Notes: generated by a model from the sequence alone, not told the origin. DNA of 64,000 bases from Anaerolineae bacterium (GCA_034437215.1 DAOTVC010000076.1:27439-91438), one strand, 5' to 3'; positions 1 to 9,254 are shown, numbered from the stretch's first letter. Numbers and translations are program-made.

Positions 1-392
1 TGGCGCAGCGGCAGATTCACGAGCTCTCGGGCGGGCAGCAGCAGCGTATGTTCATCGCCCGGGCCCTGGCCCAGGAGGCCACCCTCATTCTGATGGACGA
101 GCCCCTGGCGGGGCTGGACATCCCCGCTCAGGAGCAGATCTTCGAGATCCTGGAGGATCTACGGGAGCGGGAGGTGACGGTAATGGTCGCCACCCACGAC
201 CTCCACCTTGCCGCCGAGTCCTTCGATCGGGTGCTGCTGCTCAACACCCGGTTGGTAGGCAGCGGCGCGCCGGGGGAGGTGCTGACCTCGGAGAACCTGC
301 AGCGGGCCTACAGCGGGCACCTGCGTCTGATCGAGACCGAGGAGGGCAAGATGGTGGTGAGCGATACCTGCTGCGGAAAGGGGCTGGGATGA
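1..392 (+). CDS. Metal (Zn/Mn-type) ABC transporter ATP-binding protein, C-terminal part (5' end is outside the window).
   Basis: The frame is open from base 1 and reads LSGGQQQRMFIARAL...LILMDEPLAGLD (ABC signature/Walker B/H-loop region). The stop overlaps the start of the downstream ABC-3 permease. Confidence 0.8.
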   Translation, partial: AQRQIHELSGGQQQRMFIARALAQEATLILMDEPLAGLDIPAQEQIFEILEDLREREVTVMVATHDLHLAAESFDRVLLLNTRLVGSGAPGEVLTSENLQRAYSGHLRLIETEEGKMVVSDTCCGKGLG

Positions 393-1246
393 GCGGCGTG
401 CTCGGCTGGGTTCTGGAGCCGCTGGGTTATGCCTTCATGGTGCGGGGTCTGATTGCCGCAGTGATGGTGGGCATCGTCTGCGCGACGGTGGGAACCTACA
501 TGGTGCTGCGGGGGATGGCCTTCTTCGGTGATGCCCTCGCCCACGCCATCCTGCCCGGTGTCGCCGTGGGCTATCTGCTCAGCGGGGGAGGGCAGGGACC
601 CATCTTCTGGTGGGGCTTGGGCACGGGTGTGCTGACGGCGCTGGGTATCGGCGCGGTGGGCAAAGGCGCCCAGGTGAAGGAGGACACCGCCATCGGCATC
701 ATCTTCTCGGGGATGTTCGCCCTGGGTATCGCGCTCATCTCGACGTTGCGCAGCTACGCCGTGGACCTGGCCCACTTCCTCTTCGGAAATGTGCTGGGGG
801 TCTCCACGGGTGACCTCTGGTTGACCGCCAGCTTCGGGGCGCTGGTGCTCCTCACCATTGTCGTCTTCTACAAGGAGTTCCTGGTGCTCTCTTTCGACCC
901 CATCCTCGCGGCGACGCTCCGGCTGCCTGCCGGGTTCCTGCGCTATCTGCTGCTGGTGCTCATCGCCGTGACCATCGTCGTCTCCCTGCAGACGGTGGGG
1001 GTGGCCCTGATGGTGGCGATGTTGGTGACACCGGCCGCGACTGCTTACCTCCTCACGCGCCGCATGGCGCCCATGATGGCGTTGGCGGCGGGGATCGGGG
1101 CCGTCTCGGGCGTCGTGGGGCTCTACCTCTCCTACTACGTCAGCGTGGCCTCCGGCGCCGCCATCGTCCTCGTGGCGACGGCGATCTTTCTGCTGGTCTT
1201 CTTCCTGGCCCCCGGGCGGGGTCTTCTCTGGACCTACAGGCGGTAG
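389..1246 (+). CDS. ABC-3 family metal-ion ABC transporter permease (ZnuB/MntB-like).
   Basis: 285 aa polytopic membrane protein with the typical ABC-3 permease pattern (GDALAHAILPGVA...). ATGA overlap with the upstream ATPase. Confidence 0.85.
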   Translation: MSGVLGWVLEPLGYAFMVRGLIAAVMVGIVCATVGTYMVLRGMAFFGDALAHAILPGVAVGYLLSGGGQGPIFWWGLGTGVLTALGIGAVGKGAQVKEDTAIGIIFSGMFALGIALISTLRSYAVDLAHFLFGNVLGVSTGDLWLTASFGALVLLTIVVFYKEFLVLSFDPILAATLRLPAGFLRYLLLVLIAVTIVVSLQTVGVALMVAMLVTPAATAYLLTRRMAPMMALAAGIGAVSGVVGLYLSYYVSVASGAAIVLVATAIFLLVFFLAPGRGLLWTYRR

Positions 1247-1320
1247 GTCACCGTCCCGATCTCGAACGCGAACCCCAGCGGCCCCGGGCGGGGTCTTCTC
1301 TGGACCTACAGGCGGTAAGG
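1208..1320 (+). repeat. 37-nt direct repeat: the last ~12 codons plus stop of the permease gene (1208-1247) are duplicated 73 bp downstream (1281-1320) with one indel.
   Basis: Both copies read gcccc(c)gggcggggtcttctctggacctacaggcggta(a)gg; seen directly in the sequence. Confidence 0.8.
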
Positions 1321-1652
1321 GAGGGAAGAGGGGCTGGGTATCAGGGAGCGGGGATTAGGCTGTTCTTGCTGAGTCTTCTGGATTGCGACCTCTGCGTCCT
1401 CTGATGCAGCCTGGGTCTTTTGGGTTTCGCCGGGTGGTGGGGTGAGAAGCTCGAAAACTAGCCCAAATGGCTGCTGCGGTGGGGCGTACCAGACCTTTCC
1501 TGCGTTGTGGCAGGCAACGGTGGCAAATGACCCTGTTGTACCCTGCGAAATCCTGGAGAGCCTGCAGCCTTGGCTATTCGATTGTTAAGGTCCTGCTACT
1601 TGACAAGATTTAGAACATCTTTGCGGTTAGCCCCCACCTTCTTTCAGGGAAG

Positions 1653-1865
1653 TCAGGAATACTCCTCACGGTAGCGGTCGTAGGTGTCGTTGGAGACGAC
1701 AGGCGCGTTCACCTCCTGGGCCATCTGTAACACGAAGTAGTCGGCGTCGGTCTCCGCCGGAGCCTGACGGACCTTCTGTTTGTCGAAGAGCCCCTCCAAC
1801 TGCTCCGGATCGTCCACCTCGTAGCGCAGGGACGCATCCACGATGATGATCGGCTCGAATTCCAT
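1653..1865 (-). CDS. Small hypothetical protein (70 aa); possibly a truncated PIN/NYN-like remnant.
   Basis: ORF with an AGGGAG RBS 9 nt upstream of the ATG. IIIVD...VVSND pattern is weakly PIN-like; no confident homology. Confidence 0.35.
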   Translation of the reverse strand: MEFEPIIIVDASLRYEVDDPEQLEGLFDKQKVRQAPAETDADYFVLQMAQEVNAPVVSNDTYDRYREEYS

Positions 1866-1899
1866 ATCCTGGAGCTCCCTAGAAAATAGGCTTGGGTTT

Positions 1900-1949
1900 G
1901 TAGTAGGCGATTCATCGCCGTTGCTTTACGGCACTGAAGTGCCTACTAC
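1900..1949. other. Structured intergenic element: a 9-bp outer inverted repeat (gtagtaggc/gcctactac) encloses two small palindromes (gcgattcatcgc and ggcactgaagtgcc) whose bases overlap the outer arms, so the folds are mutually exclusive.
   Basis: Read directly from the sequence. The element lies between the stop of the response-regulator gene and the start of the 70-aa ORF. Confidence 0.5.
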
Positions 1950-2113
1950 GAACCATTTTCGTGCTTGGATGGTGTGCGCAAGCACCGGTGTCTCCTTACG
2001 AACGGCGATGAGATTGGAGACCTGGGCCTTGTCCTCCTCCGTCTGCTCTGCGTAGGCGATGTTGGCTCCATCGACCATAACCTGTTGGTGGGCCGTGAAT
2101 GAATCGAGAGCGA

Positions 2114-2782
2114 TTAGCCCACGCTGACCTGCTGGCGGTTTGCCTCCACGACGGCGACGTAGACGGCGGCTTCCTCCCGGCTGTTGACATCCAGCTTCTG
2201 CAGGATGTTGTGGACGTGGTTCTTGACGGTGCCCGTCTCGATGAAGAGGCGGTCGGCAATCTCCCGATTGCTCAGCCCCTGCTGGATCAGATCGAGAATC
2301 TCCCGCTCCCGGTTGGTGAGCACGTCGGACTTATCGATGACGTCGGTGTGCTGGGCGAAGACGTTCGCCAGCTTGGCGACCCGGGACATGAGCACGGAGG
2401 CGATGCGCGGCGAGATCAGCGCCTCCCCCCGGTGGGCTGCCCGTATCTTCGTCACGAGGGTCTCCACAGAGTCATTCTGCAGGACGTATCCGAAGGCTCC
2501 GGCTTCGATATAGGGCAGAATCGCCGTCACCGATTCGTTGAGCCCCATGACCAGTCCCTTGACGGTGTGTTCGTTTTGTGCCAGGGTGCGCAACAGGTAG
2601 AAGGCCTGGTTGTTGGGTAGATTGGTGCTCACGAGCACGACGTCGCTATACGGAACCTCTTTCAAGGCCGCTGCAGCACTCTCCACCGTCCCGACGATCT
2701 TCAGATCCGATTCGTCCTCGAGTACACTGGCTACCATGTTCGCCATTAACGGAATCGTATTGACAAGAAGCACGCGTATCAT
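2114..2782 (-). CDS. LuxR/NarL-family transcriptional regulator with an atypical (pseudo-)receiver domain.
   Basis: C-terminal LuxR HTH (REREILDLIQQGLSNREIADRLFIETGTVKNHVHNILQKL). The N-terminal receiver-like fold has the acidic pocket DD replaced by NT, the phospho-acceptor Asp by Ser (VVLVSTNLP) and the conserved Lys by Gln (GYVLQND). Confidence 0.85.
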   Translation of the reverse strand: MIRVLLVNTIPLMANMVASVLEDESDLKIVGTVESAAAALKEVPYSDVVLVSTNLPNNQAFYLLRTLAQNEHTVKGLVMGLNESVTAILPYIEAGAFGYVLQNDSVETLVTKIRAAHRGEALISPRIASVLMSRVAKLANVFAQHTDVIDKSDVLTNREREILDLIQQGLSNREIADRLFIETGTVKNHVHNILQKLDVNSREEAAVYVAVVEANRQQVSVG

Positions 2783-2899
2783 CTTACCCCCCTTGCCCCA
2801 ATAGTAATAGTGTGACGGTTGCTCTCACTCTGCTGGTGGATTGGGTTCGACGTGAGTCGAGTGAAAGCGAAACCGCAGTGGAGAGGGGTGTCGTCCGGA

Positions 2900-4282
2900 T
2901 CACACCCCTCCTCCTTGAACCGTTGATGCCCCTCTGTTTCTCATAATTAGAGGCAGCCAGATGCGGGGTTCGACGAAGGGTGCGACTGCATCTACGATAA
3001 TGGAAGCCTCTGCCTCACCGTGGAAGGTCTCGACGCGACCGAGGTTGTCCTCGGCGCGGACCTCGAAGTCGTAAGCGGCGTCCTCTGCGGCATTGAAGGT
3101 GGCGCTGGTCGCCGTCGTGTTCTCCAACCAGAGGAACCAGCCCCCATTCCCCTGGCGGTACCAGACGTCGTAGTGGGCGATGCCCGAGCCGCCGCCGTCG
3201 TTACCCGACCAGCTCACGAGGAAGCTGGTGCTGTTGGTCAGGGTGGGCAGCGGATCGACGGTCGAGGTCGGTGGCAGGGCGTCGACGGTGGTCGCCGCTT
3301 CGGGTCCGCCCCAGTCCTCAACGTTGCCCACGTGATCCACGCCCCGGGCGCGGAACTCGTAGAAGTGTCCGTCCTGGCCTACGAAGGTCGCGGAGGTATT
3401 CTCTACGCCCGCCCGCCAGTCGATCCACGGGCCGACGTTCACCCGGTACTGGACGTCGTAGTAGGCGATGCCCGCGTCCCCCTGGTCCGTGCCGCTCCAG
3501 GAGACGTTGAAGCTGCGCCCGCTGTAGGTGGGCAGGGCATCGACGGTGACGATGGGTGGCTGGTCATCGTCCACGACGGTGTATTCGACGACGAGGCGCG
3601 GGTCGCGGCTCGCGTGGGCGCGGGAGTAGAAGATCCGCTCCCGCTCCTGGATCTGCTCGTCACCGATGATCTCCATCCCGTAGTTGGTCTGTGCTCCCGA
3701 CACCCAGTCGGTGACCAGGCCCGTGACGTCCCATTCGTACCAGCCGACAGCGCTGCCGATGTACTTTGTGGTATAGGTGGGCCCCCAGGCGGGCTCGCGA
3801 TTCCAAGTGACCTCATCCTCAATCCAGCTGCTGTCGAGGCGCCGGATGACCGACGGCAGGGGTGCGTCATCGGCGGGGATGGAGACGTCGAGGTAGAGGC
3901 GCAGGTCGGCGTCGTGGATGACGGCGCCGGCGGGCAGGACGCTGAGGTCGAAGCGGATGAGGATGCGCTGCGCACCGAAGTAGTCGCCGGTGGCGCTGTA
4001 GTTGTAGCCGAGGTAGAGGGCGTCGTTCCCGAAGTTCTCGTCGGGGCGGGCGGAGGCGATGTAGGCGTCGGCTGCCGCCGGCAAGGAGAGGGTGGTGGCG
4101 AGAAGGCCCGCCTCGGGGTCGGCTTCCTGCAGGACGACCGGTTCCTGCTCGATGGGCTCGCGCCGGCTTCCCCGCTCGGGCGGCTCGGGGCGCTGGGCCC
4201 GTGTCGGGTCGCCGGCAAGGAGCGCGATCAACAGCAGGCACAACACCCCTATCCGGCGCCAGGTTAATCTCTTGGTATGCAT
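2900..4282 (-). CDS. Secreted protein: signal peptide, N-terminal TWN-motif (DNRLRE-like) beta-sandwich domain, then two fibronectin-III-like repeats.
   Basis: Start chosen at the internal Met (MHTKRLTWRRIGVLCLLLIALLAG...) preceded by a GGGGGA RBS. Motif EVTWNREPAWG. Two ~95-aa repeats (FNVSWSGTD...YYDVQYR / FLVSWSGND...HYDVWYR). Domain naming is inference. Confidence 0.7.
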   Translation of the reverse strand: MHTKRLTWRRIGVLCLLLIALLAGDPTRAQRPEPPERGSRREPIEQEPVVLQEADPEAGLLATTLSLPAAADAYIASARPDENFGNDALYLGYNYSATGDYFGAQRILIRFDLSVLPAGAVIHDADLRLYLDVSIPADDAPLPSVIRRLDSSWIEDEVTWNREPAWGPTYTTKYIGSAVGWYEWDVTGLVTDWVSGAQTNYGMEIIGDEQIQERERIFYSRAHASRDPRLVVEYTVVDDDQPPIVTVDALPTYSGRSFNVSWSGTDQGDAGIAYYDVQYRVNVGPWIDWRAGVENTSATFVGQDGHFYEFRARGVDHVGNVEDWGGPEAATTVDALPPTSTVDPLPTLTNSTSFLVSWSGNDGGGSGIAHYDVWYRQGNGGWFLWLENTTATSATFNAAEDAAYDFEVRAEDNLGRVETFHGEAEASIIVDAVAPFVEPRIWLPLIMRNRGASTVQGGGV

Positions 4283-4328
4283 CTTGGTTTCCCCCTTAAG
4301 CATGTGTTTTTCTCCCCCTTCAAAGAGC

Positions 4329-5816
4329 TCAGCCTCTTCCAAAGACCTCGTCCAACGGGACACCGTTGACGTAGATGGTGACCCGGTCGACGGTCGAGAA
4401 CTGCAGGGCCGTCTGCCGCAGCTGGGCTACGACGCGCGGCTCGTCGCAGACCCCGCCCACCACGAGGTCTCCGGAGAGTTGGATGACGGCGTGTCCCTGC
4501 TCGATGTCGATCCCCCCTACCTCCAGATCCGTCTGGTGGAAGACGTTGTAGAGCTCCGGTGCCCCGGCATAGTCGCTCTCGCCGGCGAGCAGCGCTTCGA
4601 GAGAGGCGCGCAGGGGGGCGCTGGTCGGTTCGATCTGCACCTCCACGGGCACAAGGCTGTCGCCGCACCCCACCTCCATCCCCCTCTCTCCGGCGTCCCC
4701 CACGGCGATGAGGTAGATGTTGGTGCGCGTGAACTTGCCGCCGGAGTCCGGCCCGGTCGGCGTGGTCGTCGGGGCTGCTCCCGCATCCCCTGTCACCTGG
4801 AAGGTGTTGGAGATGCCGCGAATCCGGTTGTCCTGAGTCACCACCACGATCACCCAGGGTTCACCCTCCTCGGCATAGTCGGGCAGGGTCGCGGTGGTCA
4901 GCACCTCGCCCTCGCCGTCGGTCTCCGCCGTCCCGATGATCTCATATTCCGACGCCTCGCGCCCCGCACCGATGTCGACGGTGCTGTTCGGCGGGAAGCC
5001 GAAGGCCGTGACCTGCACCTCGGTGCCCGGCGGACCACTCGTGGGGCTGATGTTGACCACCGCCTCCTCCGGGGCCCCGCGGATCACCTGGAAAGGCTGC
5101 GATACCCGTGCGCCCCCCTCGGCGACGACGTGGGCGACGATGAGCCACGTCGTCCCCGGTTCGGCGTCCTCGGGGATGGTCAACGTGGTATCCGCCGCCC
5201 CGCCCGTGTTGGTGTTCACGATCTGAGTGTCCTCAAACTCGGTGCCCTCCAGCCCGGCGCCCACCTGCACCTCCTGGGTGGCAGGGAAGCCGAAGAGGGT
5301 GACCTGGACGGTCGTCCCCGGCGGCCCGCTGATGGGTGAGATCTCCATCCCCGGCTCGGTGGGCTCGCCACCGCCCATGGTCACGACGTTGAAGACCTCG
5401 GAGACGGCACTGACGCCCGTCCCCTGCACGTCGACGATGAAGACCCAGGGTTCGTCGGGTTCGGCCTCCAGGGGGAGGGTGACGGTCGTCTGCAGGGCAC
5501 CCCCGGTGTCCGTCGTCAGCGTCTCGAGGACGTCGTACTCCGAGTTCTGCAGCCCCGCTCCCACGACGACCTCCGTCTCCGGCGGGAAGCCGGCTGCCGT
5601 GATCTGCACCTCGGTCCCCGGCGGTCCGCTCATGGGATTGACGGCGATGACGGGATCGTACTCTGCCCCCTCCAGATCGGGCGTCGTGATCGTCATCACC
5701 GGTGTTGGCGTCTCCTCCTCTCCTCCGAAGAGGCCGCAGCCTGACAGCAGCAACAGAATCAGGACGGCCGATAGAGTCAGTGATAAGGTAGTGCTTTTCT
5801 GTGACTGGGTTCGCAT
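4329..5816 (-). CDS. Lipoprotein with three tandem ~95-aa Ig-like repeats and a C-terminal GerMN-like domain.
   Basis: Lipobox LLLSGCG. Three repeats carry the SGPPGT(E/T)VQ(I/V)T..GFP motif. C-terminal region resembles GerM-type domains. AAGGAGGG RBS. Confidence 0.75.
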   Translation of the reverse strand: MRTQSQKSTTLSLTLSAVLILLLLSGCGLFGGEEETPTPVMTITTPDLEGAEYDPVIAVNPMSGPPGTEVQITAAGFPPETEVVVGAGLQNSEYDVLETLTTDTGGALQTTVTLPLEAEPDEPWVFIVDVQGTGVSAVSEVFNVVTMGGGEPTEPGMEISPISGPPGTTVQVTLFGFPATQEVQVGAGLEGTEFEDTQIVNTNTGGAADTTLTIPEDAEPGTTWLIVAHVVAEGGARVSQPFQVIRGAPEEAVVNISPTSGPPGTEVQVTAFGFPPNSTVDIGAGREASEYEIIGTAETDGEGEVLTTATLPDYAEEGEPWVIVVVTQDNRIRGISNTFQVTGDAGAAPTTTPTGPDSGGKFTRTNIYLIAVGDAGERGMEVGCGDSLVPVEVQIEPTSAPLRASLEALLAGESDYAGAPELYNVFHQTDLEVGGIDIEQGHAVIQLSGDLVVGGVCDEPRVVAQLRQTALQFSTVDRVTIYVNGVPLDEVFGRG

Positions 5817-5850
5817 GTCTGTTTCCCTCCTTGTAAGGTCAAGTATGGAT

Positions 5851-7560
5851 TCAACGCCGGAGAAGCTCTTTCAGGGCCTCCCAGCGGTAGGTGTTCAGTA
5901 CGTCTTCGGCTTCCAACCAGGCCCGGCGGGCCTGGTCGACGCCGTAGCGCATCAGCTCCAGGGCGTCGGGGCGGTGGGCGTCGGTGGAGATGGCGAGCTT
6001 CACCCCCCGCTCCTTCGCCATCCGCGCCGCCACGTCGTCAAGGTCCAGCCGCTCCGGCTGGGCGTTGATCTCCAGGAAGCAGCCCCGCTCGCGCGCGGCA
6101 TCCAGGACCTGCTTCATGTCGAGGGCGTAGGGCGCCCGCTTGCCGATGCGCCGTCCGGTGGGGTGGGCCAGGATGTTGAAGTAGGGGTTGTCCATGGCTC
6201 GGATGATCCTCTCCGTCTGCTCCTCCCGCGAGAGGTTGAACTTCGAGTGGATGGCGCAGACCCGCAGGTCGAGGCGCGCCAGGATCTCGTCGGGCAGGTC
6301 GAGGTCGCCGTTTTCCATGATGTCCACCTCGATGGCCTTGAGGAGCCGGAAGCCCTCCAGCGCGTCGTTGAGGCGGTCCATCTCGTCGATCTGTGCCGCC
6401 ACCCCCGCCTCGTCCAGCCCCTGCACGATGCCGATGTAGGCCGAGTGGTCGGTGATGGCGAGGTAGTCGTAGCCGCGCGCCTGGGCCGCCTCCGCCATCT
6501 CCCGGAGCGTGGCCTCGCCGTCGCTGGCCTGCGTGTGGCACTGGAGGTCCCCCCGGATCTCCTCCAGGGTGACCAGGGCGGGCAGCGTGCCCTGCTGTGC
6601 AGCGCGCACCTCCCCCCGATCCTCCCGCAGCTCCGGCTCGACGTAGGCCAGGCCCAGGAGGGCGTAGATGCCCGCCTCGCTCTCCCCGGCGACCCGCTCC
6701 TCCTCGCGGAAGACCCCATACTCGTTGACCTTGAGACCCTGATCGAGGGCCAGGTTGCGGATAGCGATGTTGTGCTCCTTGGAGCCGGTGAAGTAGAAGA
6801 GGGCGGCGCCGTAGCTCTCCTCGGACACGACGCGGAGATCCACCTGCATCCCCGAGCGGAACTCGACGGTGGAACGGGTTTCTCCCTGAGAGAGCACGTT
6901 GACCACGTCCTCGTAGTTGACGAAGCGGTCGATGATCTCCTTCCCCCGGTCGCTGGTGATGAGGAGGTCGAGGTCCCCCACGGTCTCCTTGCGCCGCCGG
7001 TAGCTGCCCGCCACCTCCACCCGCTCCGCCCCCTCCAGCGACTTCAGGTAGCGCACGAGGGGCTGGATGATCTCCTCGGCGACGTCGATGCGCACCCGCT
7101 CGTCCTGCCGGTCCTCCCGCTGCAGGTCCTTGAGGATCTGCTGCTCGATCTTCTCCCCGAAGCCGTGGAGCTCGTGGATGCGGCCCTCCGCTGCTGCCTG
7201 CTCCAGCTCCGTCAGCGTGCTGATCTTCAGCTCGTCGTAGAGGGCCTTGACCCGCTTGGGGCCCAGCCCCGCCACGTTGAGCATGCGGGTGAGGTCGGCG
7301 GGCGTGCGCGACTTCACCTCCTTCAACTTGGTCAGACTGCCCGTCTCCACGATCTCCTTGATCTTCCCGGCAAGGTCCTCCCCGATGCCCGAGAGCTCCG
7401 TCAGGTCCTCCTCCTCGCGGACGAGCTCCGCCATGCTGTGGGTGTAGCCGCTGACGGTGCGCGCGGCGCGACGGTAGGCGCGCACCCGGAAGGGGTTGGC
7501 CCCCTCGATCTCGAGCAGGTCGGCCATCTCGGTGAAAATATTGGCAATCTCGGTGTTCAT
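5851..7560 (-). CDS. polX: DNA polymerase/3'-5' exonuclease PolX (PolX polymerase domain plus C-terminal PHP phosphoesterase domain).
   Basis: MNTEIANIF...GSYRRRKETVGDLDLL (Pol beta-like) then PHP motifs (LQCHTQASDG, HSKFN, ISTDAH). Start placed at the Met with a GAGAGGAGAGAG RBS; the long Arg-rich N-terminal extension in the six-frame track was rejected. Confidence 0.9.
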   Translation of the reverse strand: MNTEIANIFTEMADLLEIEGANPFRVRAYRRAARTVSGYTHSMAELVREEEDLTELSGIGEDLAGKIKEIVETGSLTKLKEVKSRTPADLTRMLNVAGLGPKRVKALYDELKISTLTELEQAAAEGRIHELHGFGEKIEQQILKDLQREDRQDERVRIDVAEEIIQPLVRYLKSLEGAERVEVAGSYRRRKETVGDLDLLITSDRGKEIIDRFVNYEDVVNVLSQGETRSTVEFRSGMQVDLRVVSEESYGAALFYFTGSKEHNIAIRNLALDQGLKVNEYGVFREEERVAGESEAGIYALLGLAYVEPELREDRGEVRAAQQGTLPALVTLEEIRGDLQCHTQASDGEATLREMAEAAQARGYDYLAITDHSAYIGIVQGLDEAGVAAQIDEMDRLNDALEGFRLLKAIEVDIMENGDLDLPDEILARLDLRVCAIHSKFNLSREEQTERIIRAMDNPYFNILAHPTGRRIGKRAPYALDMKQVLDAARERGCFLEINAQPERLDLDDVAARMAKERGVKLAISTDAHRPDALELMRYGVDQARRAWLEAEDVLNTYRWEALKELLRR

Positions 7561-7583
7561 GACGGGCAAGGCTCTCTCCTCTC

Positions 7584-9254
7584 TCAGACCTCGAAGGGTA
7601 CCGTGTGCACGCCGGTGGCCCCGTCGGGGCGACGTCCCGTCTCCTCGATGGGCTGCAACTCGCCGCTGCCGTCGTAGGCCCGCACCCGGGCGACGTGTGC
7701 GCCCGACTCCACGGGCCAGTCGTAGCGCCACTGGACCCAGGTGAGGGGGCTGAGCGCCGGCGTGCGCAGTTGCGCCTCCTCCCAGGGCCGATCGTCGATC
7801 TGGACCTCGACCTTGCTGACGCCCCGCGCGCCCGCCCAGGCGATCCCGCCGATGGGGAGGCGGTCGTCGCTGATGGCGTCCACGGCGACGTTGTCGATGA
7901 CCGAGGTGGTACGGGCGATGGCCTCGGGGCTCCAACCCCGGTCCACCCAATAGCCGGGCCCCTCCTCACCGATGACCTCCATGCTGGTGATCCACTTGGG
8001 CTGCTTCATCCCGAAGCGGTTGGGGATGTAGATGCGCAGCGGGTAGCCGTGCTTGTAGGGCAGGGGCTCCTCGTTCATGGCGTAGACGAGCAGCGTGCGC
8101 GGGTTCAGCATGTCCTCCATGCTCACGCTCTCGTAGAAGCCGTCGGCGCCCTCGATGTAGAGCTCCTGAGCGCCGGAACGCAGCCCCACATCCTCCAGCA
8201 GATCCTTCAGCCGGATCCCCGTCCACTTGCTCGTGCTGATGAGCGTGCCGCCCACGGTGTTGGAGATGCAGGAGAGGGTGATGAACTGGGCATAGGTGGG
8301 GTAGGCTTGGATGTCGCTGAGGGTGAGCATCGCCGGTCGCCTGACCAGCCCCTTGAGATCCACCCGCCAACTGGCGGGGTCCAGCCGCGGGGGATCGGTG
8401 ACGATGTCGATGTTGTAGAAGTCGGCGTTGGCCGTGATCTCGGGCCGGGTCCCCGGCGCCGGCTCGATTCGCCCTTGCAGCGCGTCCACGGACGGCGACT
8501 CCGCCGCCTCCGAGATCTCCTCGTCGACCAGCTCCCGCAGCGGCGGCACCTCGGTGTCCGGATCTCCCAGATCCTCCCCATCCGCCGCGGTCTCCCCTCC
8601 CGTCGCCTGCCCGGTGGTTCGTCCCTCGGTGAAAAAGTAGCCGAGGCCCAGTCCCCCCAGGATGAGGGCCACCAGACCTGTTCCGCCGACGTAGAGCCAG
8701 CGGCGACGGGCGAGATCCACCTCCTCCACCTCGACGGGGAAGAGGGTGCGCTGCACCAGCCAACCCAGGGCCGCGCCCCAGGCGAGGCAGAGGACGCCCA
8801 GCCAGAGGATGCTGGAGAGGGCGCCGGCCGGGGGGAAGCTCAGGTAGTTGTTGATAAGGACCAGGATGATCCAGATGAGGGCTCCGCCCGCCAGGCCGAA
8901 GAGGGGCAGGCGCCGGGGCTTCTCCGTGCGCCGTCCGCGGGTCACCAGGATGAGGCCGAAGAGAGCGCCGAAGAGGACCACGAAGAGGATCGCCAGGAGG
9001 GGTTGGAGGTTCCCGGAGAGGGCGCCGACGTTGGGTGTGGGGGTCGGGGATTGTTGGTCCTGCCCCCCGGACAGAAGTTGATCGATGCCGAAGATGACCA
9101 TCAGGCGGGGTACGATGCGGGTGACGAAGTCGAGGACGTTGAAGGGGATGAAGGGGAGGTTCGCCAGCCGGCTGCCCAGGTAGCTCAGCGCGATCACCGG
9201 AATGCTGGTCAGTGCGCCGAGCGCAAGGCCCAGGGTGCGTTGTCTCCCTGTCAT
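7584..9254 (-). CDS. Membrane-anchored sulfite-oxidase-family molybdopterin oxidoreductase: ~6 TM helices N-terminal, SO-family Moco domain plus dimerisation domain C-terminal.
   Basis: Hydrophobic N-terminal third, then the oxidoreductase molybdopterin-binding pattern (ITLSCISNTVGG...KHGYPLRIYIPNRFGMKQPKWI). Start placed at MTGRQRTLG. Confidence 0.8.
   Translation of the reverse strand: MTGRQRTLGLALGALTSIPVIALSYLGSRLANLPFIPFNVLDFVTRIVPRLMVIFGIDQLLSGGQDQQSPTPTPNVGALSGNLQPLLAILFVVLFGALFGLILVTRGRRTEKPRRLPLFGLAGGALIWIILVLINNYLSFPPAGALSSILWLGVLCLAWGAALGWLVQRTLFPVEVEEVDLARRRWLYVGGTGLVALILGGLGLGYFFTEGRTTGQATGGETAADGEDLGDPDTEVPPLRELVDEEISEAAESPSVDALQGRIEPAPGTRPEITANADFYNIDIVTDPPRLDPASWRVDLKGLVRRPAMLTLSDIQAYPTYAQFITLSCISNTVGGTLISTSKWTGIRLKDLLEDVGLRSGAQELYIEGADGFYESVSMEDMLNPRTLLVYAMNEEPLPYKHGYPLRIYIPNRFGMKQPKWITSMEVIGEEGPGYWVDRGWSPEAIARTTSVIDNVAVDAISDDRLPIGGIAWAGARGVSKVEVQIDDRPWEEAQLRTPALSPLTWVQWRYDWPVESGAHVARVRAYDGSGELQPIEETGRRPDGATGVHTVPFEV

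Noticed and set aside
3020-4267. Long antisense or alternative-frame ORFs throughout the window (e.g. 3020-4267 +, 5227-7677 +, 6038-7969 -, 7605-9374 +, 13222-15243 +, 46682-48052 -, 49664-51415 -).
   Set aside because: Typical high-GC artefacts. Each overlaps a gene with clear family-level motifs on the other strand or frame, has Arg/Pro/Gly-rich low-complexity translation, and lacks an RBS.
5851-7950. 130-residue Arg-rich N-terminal extension of the PolX ORF.
   Set aside because: The extension is low-complexity. A strong RBS precedes the internal Met (MNTEIANIF), which aligns with the PolX N-terminus.
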